From an uncultured candidate division Zixibacteria bacterium (GTDB lineage: Bacteria > Zixibacteria > MSB-5A5 > UBA10806 > 4484-95): a stretch of DNA of 64,000 bases. Under the pieces are notes generated by a model, which was not told the origin of the DNA, ran no database searches, and saw only the letters and a list, made by a program, of their open reading frames with translations. Where the stretch lies: positions 1 through 64,000 of the forward strand of contig CAXXKA010000010.1 in NCBI GenBank assembly GCA_963668625.2, read 5' to 3'. The translations under genes and the position numbers were made by a program. Positions 50,746 through 60,775 of this stretch are shown piece after piece. The stretch's first letter is position 1. Every line of letters starts with the position of its first letter.

Positions 50746-51498
50746 ATGAGAAGGAACCCGCGTCTAGAGAATAAAATCCGGATCGATATACAACTTTGGT
50801 TAGACTCTAAGGGAACCGATTTTATTATTTGCATAAAAGAATTTTGTCAGGGAAACAGGGCTGCATTGAGCCAGGTGTTGGAATTCGTCGATGAACTGGG
50901 CAGAAACGTATTTGTCGGTGATGGTAACACGCTCGATAAAGAGCTTTTGGAAAAACTCGAATATGGAATATTCGACTTGATCGGCAAGTTCAATAGTACT
51001 CCCGGAGGAGAAGCTCTGGAAGAGGCTATCGAAAAAAATATCGTCGAGTATCTGACAGCTATTTTCACTGAAGCTAAAAAAGAATGGAATCTGAATCAAT
51101 ATAAAATTACGGCGTCGTATGAAGAACTCGATCCCAATAACAGCACTATCCCCGCGGACCAGAAACCGGTAGATCAGATTGACTCATCCGAGCAAGTACC
51201 GGAGAGAAAGTATACCCGCAAGGATGCCAGGCTGTTTTTGGATGAGCTGGTGGCTTTTGCCAAAACCAGGCTCAGGGGAGAGAAAAATAAAGTTATCGCT
51301 GTTAAATGGCTGGAAAATCCCGATCGCCAGAAAGACTATAGCTGGCTGGCGACACTCACCGATTCCAGCACGGGAAGTATAAAAGTCACCTTGACTCGCC
51401 TTAAGCAAACCCTGAACAAGAACTATTCATTGAGGTACGTGAATGACAAACTTGTTATGAGCAAGGTGGACATGGTGGCTAAATCGCACCCGACTTAG
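50746..51498 (+). CDS. Divergent ECF-sigma-like protein
   Basis: Region 2-like QGNRAALSQVL; region 4-like HTH YSWLATLTDSSTGSIKVTLTRLKQTL; RBS GGAGG. Confidence 0.55.
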   Translation: MRRNPRLENKIRIDIQLWLDSKGTDFIICIKEFCQGNRAALSQVLEFVDELGRNVFVGDGNTLDKELLEKLEYGIFDLIGKFNSTPGGEALEEAIEKNIVEYLTAIFTEAKKEWNLNQYKITASYEELDPNNSTIPADQKPVDQIDSSEQVPERKYTRKDARLFLDELVAFAKTRLRGEKNKVIAVKWLENPDRQKDYSWLATLTDSSTGSIKVTLTRLKQTLNKNYSLRYVNDKLVMSKVDMVAKSHPT

Positions 51499-51602
51499 TA
51501 TAAAATATTAGTAAGTAGTAAGTTAGAAAATAATATAGCATTTCTCCGGCAATTACCAGCCTGTCTATTCATAAAACTTTGTGAAAAAAGTAACATTATT
51601 TC

Positions 51603-51651
51603 TTGACAAACTATTTAAATGAGTTTATTTTGTTAGGAGAGGCTAATAAAA
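51603..51651 (+). promoter_or_regulatory. sigma70 promoter with overlapping DtxR/MntR-type operator
   Basis: TTGACA-N17-TATTTT (51603-51631), followed by the imperfect palindrome TTTTGTTAGGAGAGGCTAATAAAA (51628-51651). Confidence 0.6.
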
Positions 51652-51679
51652 TTAGAAATGTAAAACAATAAGGATAGCT

Positions 51680-52042
51680 GTGAACAAGAGTATCTTTGAA
51701 AAACTTGCAGTAATACTGGCGCTCTATACGGTTATTTTTATTTTTTCACTTACCTTCAATCTTCATTTTCATCAATTACCCGATGGTCGCTATGTTATTC
51801 ATAGTCACCCTAACAATGATTCAAATAAAAGCAGCGGGCAAAAGCATGATCATACGAGTCGCGAATATGTCTCGATTGGCCCGGCTAACTCGGTATTTTC
51901 GGCAATCCCTATCTTGACTACTAATATCGTAGCGATATCTATTTATAATGAATTTATTCTTATTGAACATACAATCGAATTTGAAACCACCTCGATGTTT
52001 TTAACTCGTCTCTGGCGTTCTCCTCCTCATGCATCTATCTAA
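51680..52042 (+). CDS. His-rich membrane-anchored uORF protein with C-terminal RSPP (DUF2946/CruR-like)
   Basis: N-terminal TM; HFHQLPDGRYVIHSHP...KHDH; R113-S-P-P near the C-terminus; directly upstream of a TBDR. Confidence 0.7.
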   Translation: MNKSIFEKLAVILALYTVIFIFSLTFNLHFHQLPDGRYVIHSHPNNDSNKSSGQKHDHTSREYVSIGPANSVFSAIPILTTNIVAISIYNEFILIEHTIEFETTSMFLTRLWRSPPHASI

Positions 52043-52132
52043 TCGTTTTTCTAATAGTACTAATAAGTAAATAGATGAACCCTGTAAGCAGTTTTCAGTC
52101 ATGAATGAGCTTGCAGAAAACAGGAGGATAAG

Positions 52133-54526
52133 ATGAAAAGCAGAAAATTGCTTTTGTTGTTGATGTGTGTCGTAGTTTTCGGAGTTATCGATGTAAACGC
52201 CGGTCAAATTAGCGGCACGGTACTTGATAAGAATACAGGAGAGGGATTAGCCTGGGCTACTGTTCAAATCGAGGGTACATATAGAGGAGCCCGCACAGAT
52301 GAGCATGGCCATTTCACGATTATGGATGTGCCGGATGGCAAACAGAAGGTTATAGCCTCGATGATAGGCTACACTACAGCCGCCGAGGATATCGCCGTGG
52401 TGGGGGATGTACCAGGGATAGAGTTTACACTCAAAGAAACGCCCCTCGAAACCGGTGATGTCGTGGTGACCGGTACCCGTACACCCAGGTATGTCAAAGA
52501 GGTGCCCGTGCTTACCGAGGTAATCACCAGAAAATCGATTGAGGATAAAGCCGCGCATAACCTGTACGAGGTACTCGATGGCTCACCCGGCGTTAGGGTC
52601 GAGCAGCAATGCCAGGCCTGCAATTTTTGCGTGTTGAGACTTCAGGGGTTGGGAGCTGACCATACCCAGATACTATTGGATGGTCAACCCGTCTACTCCG
52701 GGTTAGCATCCGTATATGGTCTTCAACAGCTTGGTACCGAGGGCGTCGAACAGGTAGAGGTAGTCAAAGGCGCGGGTTCTGCTCTTTACGGCAGTAACGC
52801 TATCGCCGGCGCTATTAATATAGTCTCGGCCATACCGCAGAAAACAGAGGGCAAAGTTGGTCTCGAGATGGGCGAACACGGTACCAACAAGTACAGCCTC
52901 TACGCCGGAACAAAAAAGAACAATGTAAGTATTTCACTTTTCGCTCAGCAGGATCAGGGGAATATCATTGATGAAACCCGTGATGGTAACACCAGAGATG
53001 AGGTATATGAAAGCGATGGAATCAGTGACAGGGTGAGAACCAATAATAAGAACCTCGGATTTAATCTATATGTCGATGATCTCACCGGGACCGATCAACT
53101 TACATTTAAAGGACGGATAATAAGCGAAAACCGTCAGGGCGGAGAAATCACAGATGATCTATTCGAAAATATTTTCTCCGCCGGTACCGAGCGTATCGTT
53201 ACAGACAGGTACAGTGGGGAACTGGGATACTGGAAGCAGTTTGTTTCAGGAACGCAGCTTGAAACCAGTTTATCGTATACACTTCATAAACGAAACGCCA
53301 CCAACGATACATTCCTGGGTGACTATCAGGCTACTCATGATGATGCTCTTCCCCCGGTCAGCGAGTTAAGGCCGTATATAGCGGAGGAGGATCTTTACGT
53401 AGGAAATTTAAACATCATCCACCCGCTGGGCGGCGGCCATCGCTTACTGGCAGGTTTACAGGTTGCGCATAACAATCTCGATGAGTCAGGCAAATATGTC
53501 GTAGTCGATGAAGAGGATGACAATTACGGCGTTTCTTATACGTCCTCGAGCAGCAAGAAAGCCAACGATTTCGGCGTGTATATTCAGGATGAATACAGCG
53601 TTACCGATAAGGTTGAGTTAGTTGGTGGCGTAAGATATGACTATCATAAGTCCGAGGACAGTTTCCATGGTTCCGGCAATGTATATCCTGATGGTGTAGA
53701 GCCGGTCGAGTATGATGAGTCGGCCGTAAATCCCCGGTTCGCATTAAAATTCGATGCTACCAGTGAGCTTACTTTTCGTTTGAATGTCGGTACCGGGTTC
53801 AGGGTACCCTACGGTTTCTCCGAGGATCTCCATCTTTGCAGCGGTTCACCTCGAGTTTATAAAGCCGGTAATTTGAAACCCGAGAAATCCTATAGCTACA
53901 GTGTCAGCGCCGATTATATTATCGACGACATAGACCTGAGTATAAATCTATATCGCACCGAGTTGAAAAACGCCATCTCATTCACGGATGCCGATGAGGA
54001 AGTCACCGCTTTAGGCTATGATTACCAGTGGAAAAATATCGACGATGCTTACGTGATGGGAATAGAGTTAGGCGGCCAGTTCGGTTTAACCAGGAATCTG
54101 GCTTTGATGGCTGACCTGGCATTCAATAAGGGGGAATACGACAATGTCCGCGAGGATTGGGTTGGAACTCAGTATGAGGATGACAGCAAGTATATCTCAC
54201 GCTATCCCAATCTCGATGCCGGTTTAAAATTGGATTTCTCTCCGCGCCAGTGGAATTTCATCGTAGATGCCAACTACAAAGGCAAGATGTACATTGATTA
54301 TTTCGCGGATGGCGAAGAGCCTACCAAAATCAAGAAAACCGAATCTTACGTGATCGTTAACGCAATGATTTCCAAAACATTCTTGGATACCTATAAACTT
54401 TACTTGGGTGCGAAAAATCTTTCCGATTACATTCAGGAAGAGAAACACGCTGATGATGCCGCTTTCATGTATGCTCCCGTATACGGTAGGATAATTTACG
54501 GAGGGGTGCAGGTATTCATCAAATAA
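52133..54526 (+). CDS. TonB-dependent receptor, probably for a metal
   Basis: Carboxypeptidase-like N-domain, VVVTGTRT TonB box, plug CQACNFC, VEVVKGAGSALYG, NL.PEKS, barrel C-terminus. Confidence 0.92.
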   Translation: MKSRKLLLLLMCVVVFGVIDVNAGQISGTVLDKNTGEGLAWATVQIEGTYRGARTDEHGHFTIMDVPDGKQKVIASMIGYTTAAEDIAVVGDVPGIEFTLKETPLETGDVVVTGTRTPRYVKEVPVLTEVITRKSIEDKAAHNLYEVLDGSPGVRVEQQCQACNFCVLRLQGLGADHTQILLDGQPVYSGLASVYGLQQLGTEGVEQVEVVKGAGSALYGSNAIAGAINIVSAIPQKTEGKVGLEMGEHGTNKYSLYAGTKKNNVSISLFAQQDQGNIIDETRDGNTRDEVYESDGISDRVRTNNKNLGFNLYVDDLTGTDQLTFKGRIISENRQGGEITDDLFENIFSAGTERIVTDRYSGELGYWKQFVSGTQLETSLSYTLHKRNATNDTFLGDYQATHDDALPPVSELRPYIAEEDLYVGNLNIIHPLGGGHRLLAGLQVAHNNLDESGKYVVVDEEDDNYGVSYTSSSSKKANDFGVYIQDEYSVTDKVELVGGVRYDYHKSEDSFHGSGNVYPDGVEPVEYDESAVNPRFALKFDATSELTFRLNVGTGFRVPYGFSEDLHLCSGSPRVYKAGNLKPEKSYSYSVSADYIIDDIDLSINLYRTELKNAISFTDADEEVTALGYDYQWKNIDDAYVMGIELGGQFGLTRNLALMADLAFNKGEYDNVREDWVGTQYEDDSKYISRYPNLDAGLKLDFSPRQWNFIVDANYKGKMYIDYFADGEEPTKIKKTESYVIVNAMISKTFLDTYKLYLGAKNLSDYIQEEKHADDAAFMYAPVYGRIIYGGVQVFIK

Positions 54527-54630
54527 TCAGAGTATTCTATCCTCCTGTTATAGAGTGGCAGCCGATTTAAATAACGTCCTCATTGAGTTGGCTGTTTCGG
54601 CGGGCATCCTTCAATGCCCGCCGTTTGAGT

Positions 54631-55185
54631 CTAATCGGTTTCTTGTTGCTCGCGATGTTCCTGACGCCATTTGTACGGCTGAATGAAATCTTTCAGCTTG
54701 GATTTCTTGGCGGTCTCGAATATCACTTTCGCGATTTCAGGGAAGCCGTTATCGCCATAATGCGATATAGTCTCGTAAGCGAGCCCGGCCTTGATCAATT
54801 TTACCGAGAGAAGCTCGCCATCCACGAAAACATGCGCCAGCATGCGGCCATAGCGATCTTCCTGATATGGCGCATAGGCTATCTCATCAGCTTCGTGAAA
54901 AATCTCAGCCGTGAGCGCCGCCGCCTCTCGTCCGTATTTTTGATCCTCGTTGAAACCGTGCTCGGGATGAGATATCTCCGGTGTATCCATGCCCAGCACA
55001 CGAATGCCCATGCCGTCATATACGAATGAGTCGCCGTCATCCAGTTCGATTTTGGATTTGTCCATCACTACAACCTGGATATTTTCGGGCACGAGGTCGA
55101 GATGGGTCGGCTTTCCACAAAAACACAGAATTAATAATAGCAATAGGGTTAGTGTTGCTGCGTATTTGGCGCATGATCTGATCAT
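54631..55185 (-). CDS. Thermonuclease (SNase-family), probable lipoprotein
   Basis: DGDS, IRVLGMDTPE, DRYGR.LA.V, L..GLA, P..WR motifs. Confidence 0.85.
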   Translation of the reverse strand: MIRSCAKYAATLTLLLLLILCFCGKPTHLDLVPENIQVVVMDKSKIELDDGDSFVYDGMGIRVLGMDTPEISHPEHGFNEDQKYGREAAALTAEIFHEADEIAYAPYQEDRYGRMLAHVFVDGELLSVKLIKAGLAYETISHYGDNGFPEIAKVIFETAKKSKLKDFIQPYKWRQEHREQQETD

Positions 55186-55378
55186 ATCGATTACCTCCGG
55201 AAGTTATTAAAATTAACTGATTTTATTCTACAGTCTTTTTGTCAATCCCTTGCCTCTTAAATTTCAGGTCGATACGGATTAAATTTCAACATTACATTAT
55301 AATATTTGTAGAATATTAAATCACCTAAATAAACAACCACATGATACGCATTCGGCGGAGTTTATCCTGCCGACTTCG

Positions 55379-55440
55379 GTTGGGGTACGTCCCCGCGCCC
55401 CAACTCGTATGCCTGCAAACGAAAGCTGGCAGACGAAGAA
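55379..55440 (+). repeat. Degenerate copy of the intergenic repeat at 371-440
   Basis: Shared gttggggtacg and tatgcc.gcaaacgaaagctggc.gacga.ga. Confidence 0.65.
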
Positions 55441-55627
55441 GCCAGCCACAAGGACCATGATTTTGAGACAGCCTCGGGACGTGTGCCGCCAACAAAAAGT
55501 CCGGGAAATGTTGAAAAGTCAATAAAACGAGTTTCAGCGATATCAAAGACATGTAACCGACGCGAATCGGAAGGTTAAAATACGTTAAACCATCACACCG
55601 GATTAGCCGCTTGGTTATAGTACTGAT

Positions 55628-55658
55628 AAAAAAGGCATCGGCGAAAAACCGATGCCTT
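55628..55658 (-). terminator. Intrinsic terminator of gdhA
   Basis: aaggcatcgg/ccgatgcctt stem with a T run on the minus strand. Confidence 0.8.
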
Positions 55659-55689
55659 AAAGGAAATGCTATTATTGGAAAAGATATGC

Positions 55690-57033
<1,344 letters not shown>

Positions 57034-57317
57034 CTATTACTCCTCGGTTGTGTTAGGCCATTGTGTTAAGGCCTTAACTAGTTTTTACTATTAACTTAAG
57101 TTATATTTACAAAAAACATTACCTAACTTATAGTTTAGTATAGTTTTGTTTTTCCTTTTATTAACCACTTGAAGAAAATGCTCCACGGACGTTAGATTTC
57201 AATCAAGTTACTAATTTCACAAGCTTCTAAATGCTGGAAAATACTGATAGGCATTAGCACAGGCAATCAGGTAAAACCTGATTATCTACTTCGTTTATCC
57301 TTATGGGGGATGGCGGG

Positions 57318-57971
57318 CTAGTTGAGCTGGGTGATTCCCTCACGGATAGCATATTTTGTGAGTTCGGCGATGCTGTGGATATCCAGTTTGTTCATTATCT
57401 GCTTACGATGCGTTTCGATTGTTTTGACGCTAACATTGAGCTTGGCGGCTATCTCCTTGGTTGGCTGGCCCTCTGCCAGTAGCTGTAGCACCTCCCGCTC
57501 TCTGGCGCTAAGTACAGAGAAGGCAGAGGATTCCGAGCTATTAGCGATTTTGATGTAATCGTTTATCACTACCTCGGTGATCTGGTTACCCAGATATATC
57601 TGGTCGTTCATGACAGTATTGATCGCCTCGGATACCTCCTCTATTGGCGAATCTTTCAGTAAGTAGCCTTTAGCTCCGACTTTCAGTGATTCTAATATAA
57701 ACCGGCGGTCAAAATGCATGGACAGGATGATAATTTTCAAGTCGGGAGATTCGGCCAGTATCTTACGGGTTGCCTCGATCCCATTGAGGTCGGGCATTGA
57801 GACATCCATGAGTATAATGTCGGGTATCAGCTTAAGGGCCATCTTTACCGTGGTAAGGCCGTTGTCCGCCTCGCCGATGACCTCGATTCCTTTCTGTTTG
57901 GCTAGTAATGTATTCAAACCATCCCGGAATAACTTATGATCATCAGCTATTAGAACCTTTATACTCATCAC
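57318..57971 (-). CDS. NarL/LuxR-family response regulator
   Basis: ADDH, MDVSMP, GYLLK receiver motifs; LSAREREVL...SVKTIETHR HTH. Confidence 0.95.
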   Translation of the reverse strand: MMSIKVLIADDHKLFRDGLNTLLAKQKGIEVIGEADNGLTTVKMALKLIPDIILMDVSMPDLNGIEATRKILAESPDLKIIILSMHFDRRFILESLKVGAKGYLLKDSPIEEVSEAINTVMNDQIYLGNQITEVVINDYIKIANSSESSAFSVLSAREREVLQLLAEGQPTKEIAAKLNVSVKTIETHRKQIMNKLDIHSIAELTKYAIREGITQLN

Positions 57972-57979
57972 ATCTGTCC

Positions 57980-59185
57980 TTATCTTTTGTATGGCGCCGA
58001 TAAAATCGCCCGCGTTCCCGAATTAGGATGAGAATCGATTTTAAAGCTACCGCCCAGATATGTTAATCTTTCTTTGATATTGAAAAGTCCGAATCCCCAG
58101 TCCTCACTCGAACCGCTTTCTAATGCTCGGCTATCGAACCCCATGCCATCATCATGAACCTCAACGTTTATATATTCGGAATTTAGTGTCAAGATTATCC
58201 GTACGTTTTCCGAATTGGCATGTTTTGCGATATTATTCAATAGCTCTTGTACCGAGGTAAACAGTACTATCTCCAGTTCCTCCTGAAGCTTGATTTCCTC
58301 TATTGCTGAATTCAAGTCGATTAATAATCCATGTTTTTTCGCGAACTGTTCTACGAGCCATTCTAAGGCTAATTGCAGCCCCAACTCGTACAATACCGGC
58401 GGGCTGATCTCAGAGGTGAGATCACGCGTGTACTGTATGGTCTCATCGAGCAAAGCCTTAACCTCATCCACGGTAGTAGCGCTTTCCGAGGATTGCAGTT
58501 CCTTTCCGAGTGTCAGTAGTTTTATTTTCATGAATGCCAGCGACTGTCCTATATAATCGTGAAGCTCCGAGGCAATTTTTCTTCTCTCTCTCGCTTCGGC
58601 CAGGGAGAGCTCGGAGGCTAATTTTTGTAATTGGCGCTGATAATTGGCGATTTTCGCGCGGGCGGTTTCATATTCAGCTATTTTCTCTTGAAGAGCATTA
58701 TTCGTTTCAGATAGTTTGCGGGTTCTTTCGTCTACCAGTTTTTCCAGATTATCCCGCGCCGACTGAAGATCCTTTTCATCCAATTTATGCTGGAAAAACA
58801 ACCTGAGCATTTCTGCCAACGTATTTATAAGCTCTCGCTCCTCGGCTAAAAACGGCCCCTCGAACAGCTCAGGCATGCTACGTAGATAATAGACCTCTAT
58901 ACTGCCTGCCTCGCCAGAATGGAGTGAAAAAACGGCTTTTTGACGCCATTCAGTTTTCTTGAAATTGTTGGTTGTATAGCTATCATCCTGGAATTTTATG
59001 CGAGCCGCCGTATATTCAGGGTACTGCCAGGCATCCTGTAGAAGGTTTACGATACGTATCATCTGAACGCTTATAGAATTGGTATCATCCTGAAGGATAT
59101 TAGCGGTTTTGTGAATCGCCGCCAACTCCTTCATGCGTTCGCCAAGGACTCTAAGTATCTTATGACTTTGAAAATCGTGATCCAT
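57980..59185 (-). CDS. Cytoplasmic HisKA_3 sensor kinase with N-terminal GAF-like domain
   Basis: ELHDYIGQ, QELLNNIAKHA, DDGMGF, GFGL..I.ER; N-terminal ERMKEL..WQYP..GPFL.EE domain; no TM segment. Confidence 0.9.
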   Translation of the reverse strand: MDHDFQSHKILRVLGERMKELAAIHKTANILQDDTNSISVQMIRIVNLLQDAWQYPEYTAARIKFQDDSYTTNNFKKTEWRQKAVFSLHSGEAGSIEVYYLRSMPELFEGPFLAEERELINTLAEMLRLFFQHKLDEKDLQSARDNLEKLVDERTRKLSETNNALQEKIAEYETARAKIANYQRQLQKLASELSLAEARERRKIASELHDYIGQSLAFMKIKLLTLGKELQSSESATTVDEVKALLDETIQYTRDLTSEISPPVLYELGLQLALEWLVEQFAKKHGLLIDLNSAIEEIKLQEELEIVLFTSVQELLNNIAKHANSENVRIILTLNSEYINVEVHDDGMGFDSRALESGSSEDWGFGLFNIKERLTYLGGSFKIDSHPNSGTRAILSAPYKR

Positions 59186-59476
59186 ATGGAAATTAATGAC
59201 TCTTTAATATCCTGTTATTATCAATATTCTGAAATGAAAATAGCTAATTTATCGTTCTCAGGCAATAAGATTATTAACTTTGCTATAAGTATTAACCAAT
59301 ATTAGTAAAAAACGAAGTTGAAACTAACTGATCTTGACTTAAAATCGCAAAAAACGTATCATCTTATTAAGGTTATGGTTGAAAACAAGAGATCACTATA
59401 CCTCAATAATTTATACTCCGATACTATTAAACCTAACCTTTGAAAAGTAAACAAAATACCTGAAAGGATCAACCAT

Positions 59477-60766
59477 ATGAGTCAGAACGGCTATAATCCA
59501 TTCGAGATGGCACAACAGCAGTTCGATAAAGCCGCCGATCTTCTGGAATTAAACGGGGCGGCTCGTAAACTTCTACGTTCCCCGATTAGAGAATATCAGT
59601 TTAATATCCCCGTGCAACTGGATGATGGCAGTATCGATATATATAACGGGTTCCGGGTGCAGCATAATGACGCCCGCGGACCGGCTAAAGGTGGAATACG
59701 TTTTCATCCTGATGAAACGATCGATACGATAAGAGCGCTGGCTATGTGGAATACCTGGAAATGCGCGGTTGTGGATATACCATTAGGCGGTGCAAACGGT
59801 GGTGTGATAGTCGATCCGCATAATTTGAGCATGAGCGAGCAGGAGCGGTTGTGCCGGGGTTGGGTCAGGCAGCTTTCCAAAGACCTCGGGCCGCTGGTGG
59901 ATATTCCCGCGCCTGAGGTGATGACCACCGACCGTCACATGCTATGGATGTTGGATGAATATGAGACTATCAATCATGCCCATTTCCCTGGATTTATCAC
60001 CGGCAAGCCTGTTTTTCTCGGCGGTTCGCTAGGACGCAAAGAGGCGGTTGGTTATGGATTGGTGTTTACTCTTAGAGAGGCATTGAAAGAACTCGAGCTT
60101 GCCCCCGAGAATACCACCGCCAGTATACAGGGGTTCGGCAATGTCGGGCAGCACGCGGCCAAGCTATACGACCAAATCGGGGGGAAGGTGATTTGCGTAT
60201 CCTGCTGGGATCAAGCCGATCAGAGAGCTTACGCCTACAAGAAAGCCGGCGGTATAGACTATACCGAGCTGATAAATATAACCGATCCGTTCGGTTCTAT
60301 CGAAAAAGACGAGGCCGAGAAATTAGGCTATGAGGTGCTCGATGGCGAAGCCTGGCTCGAGCAGGATGTCGATATATTAATACCGGCCGCACTGGAAAAT
60401 TCTATCACGGTGAAAAATGTCGATAGAATCAGCTCACAGGTGAAAATAGTAGCCGAGGGCGCTAACGGACCTGTTACGCCGGAGGTCGATGCGGTGTTCG
60501 ATCAGAATAATATTTATCTTATCCCCGATTTACTGGCAAACGCAGGCGGCGCGACATGCAGCTATTTCGAACAGGTGCAGAGCAATATGAATTACTATTG
60601 GGAAAAGGATGAGGTCTTAAGTAAACTGGATGTCAAGATGACATCGGCCTTTATCGCGGTAAGCGATTTGGCTAATAAACATAAAATATACAACCGGGAC
60701 GCCGCGCATCTGATAGCGATCGATAGAGTCGCACAAGCTTGTCGCTATCGTGGCTGGGTGAACTAG
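59477..60766 (+). CDS. Glu/Leu/Phe/Val dehydrogenase homologue with a degenerate active site
   Basis: GPAKGGIRFHP, QGFGNVG and EGANGP retained; GGANGG replaces GGGKGG and PAPEV replaces PAPDV. Confidence 0.85.
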   Translation: MSQNGYNPFEMAQQQFDKAADLLELNGAARKLLRSPIREYQFNIPVQLDDGSIDIYNGFRVQHNDARGPAKGGIRFHPDETIDTIRALAMWNTWKCAVVDIPLGGANGGVIVDPHNLSMSEQERLCRGWVRQLSKDLGPLVDIPAPEVMTTDRHMLWMLDEYETINHAHFPGFITGKPVFLGGSLGRKEAVGYGLVFTLREALKELELAPENTTASIQGFGNVGQHAAKLYDQIGGKVICVSCWDQADQRAYAYKKAGGIDYTELINITDPFGSIEKDEAEKLGYEVLDGEAWLEQDVDILIPAALENSITVKNVDRISSQVKIVAEGANGPVTPEVDAVFDQNNIYLIPDLLANAGGATCSYFEQVQSNMNYYWEKDEVLSKLDVKMTSAFIAVSDLANKHKIYNRDAAHLIAIDRVAQACRYRGWVN

Positions 60767-60775
60767 AGGGATACT

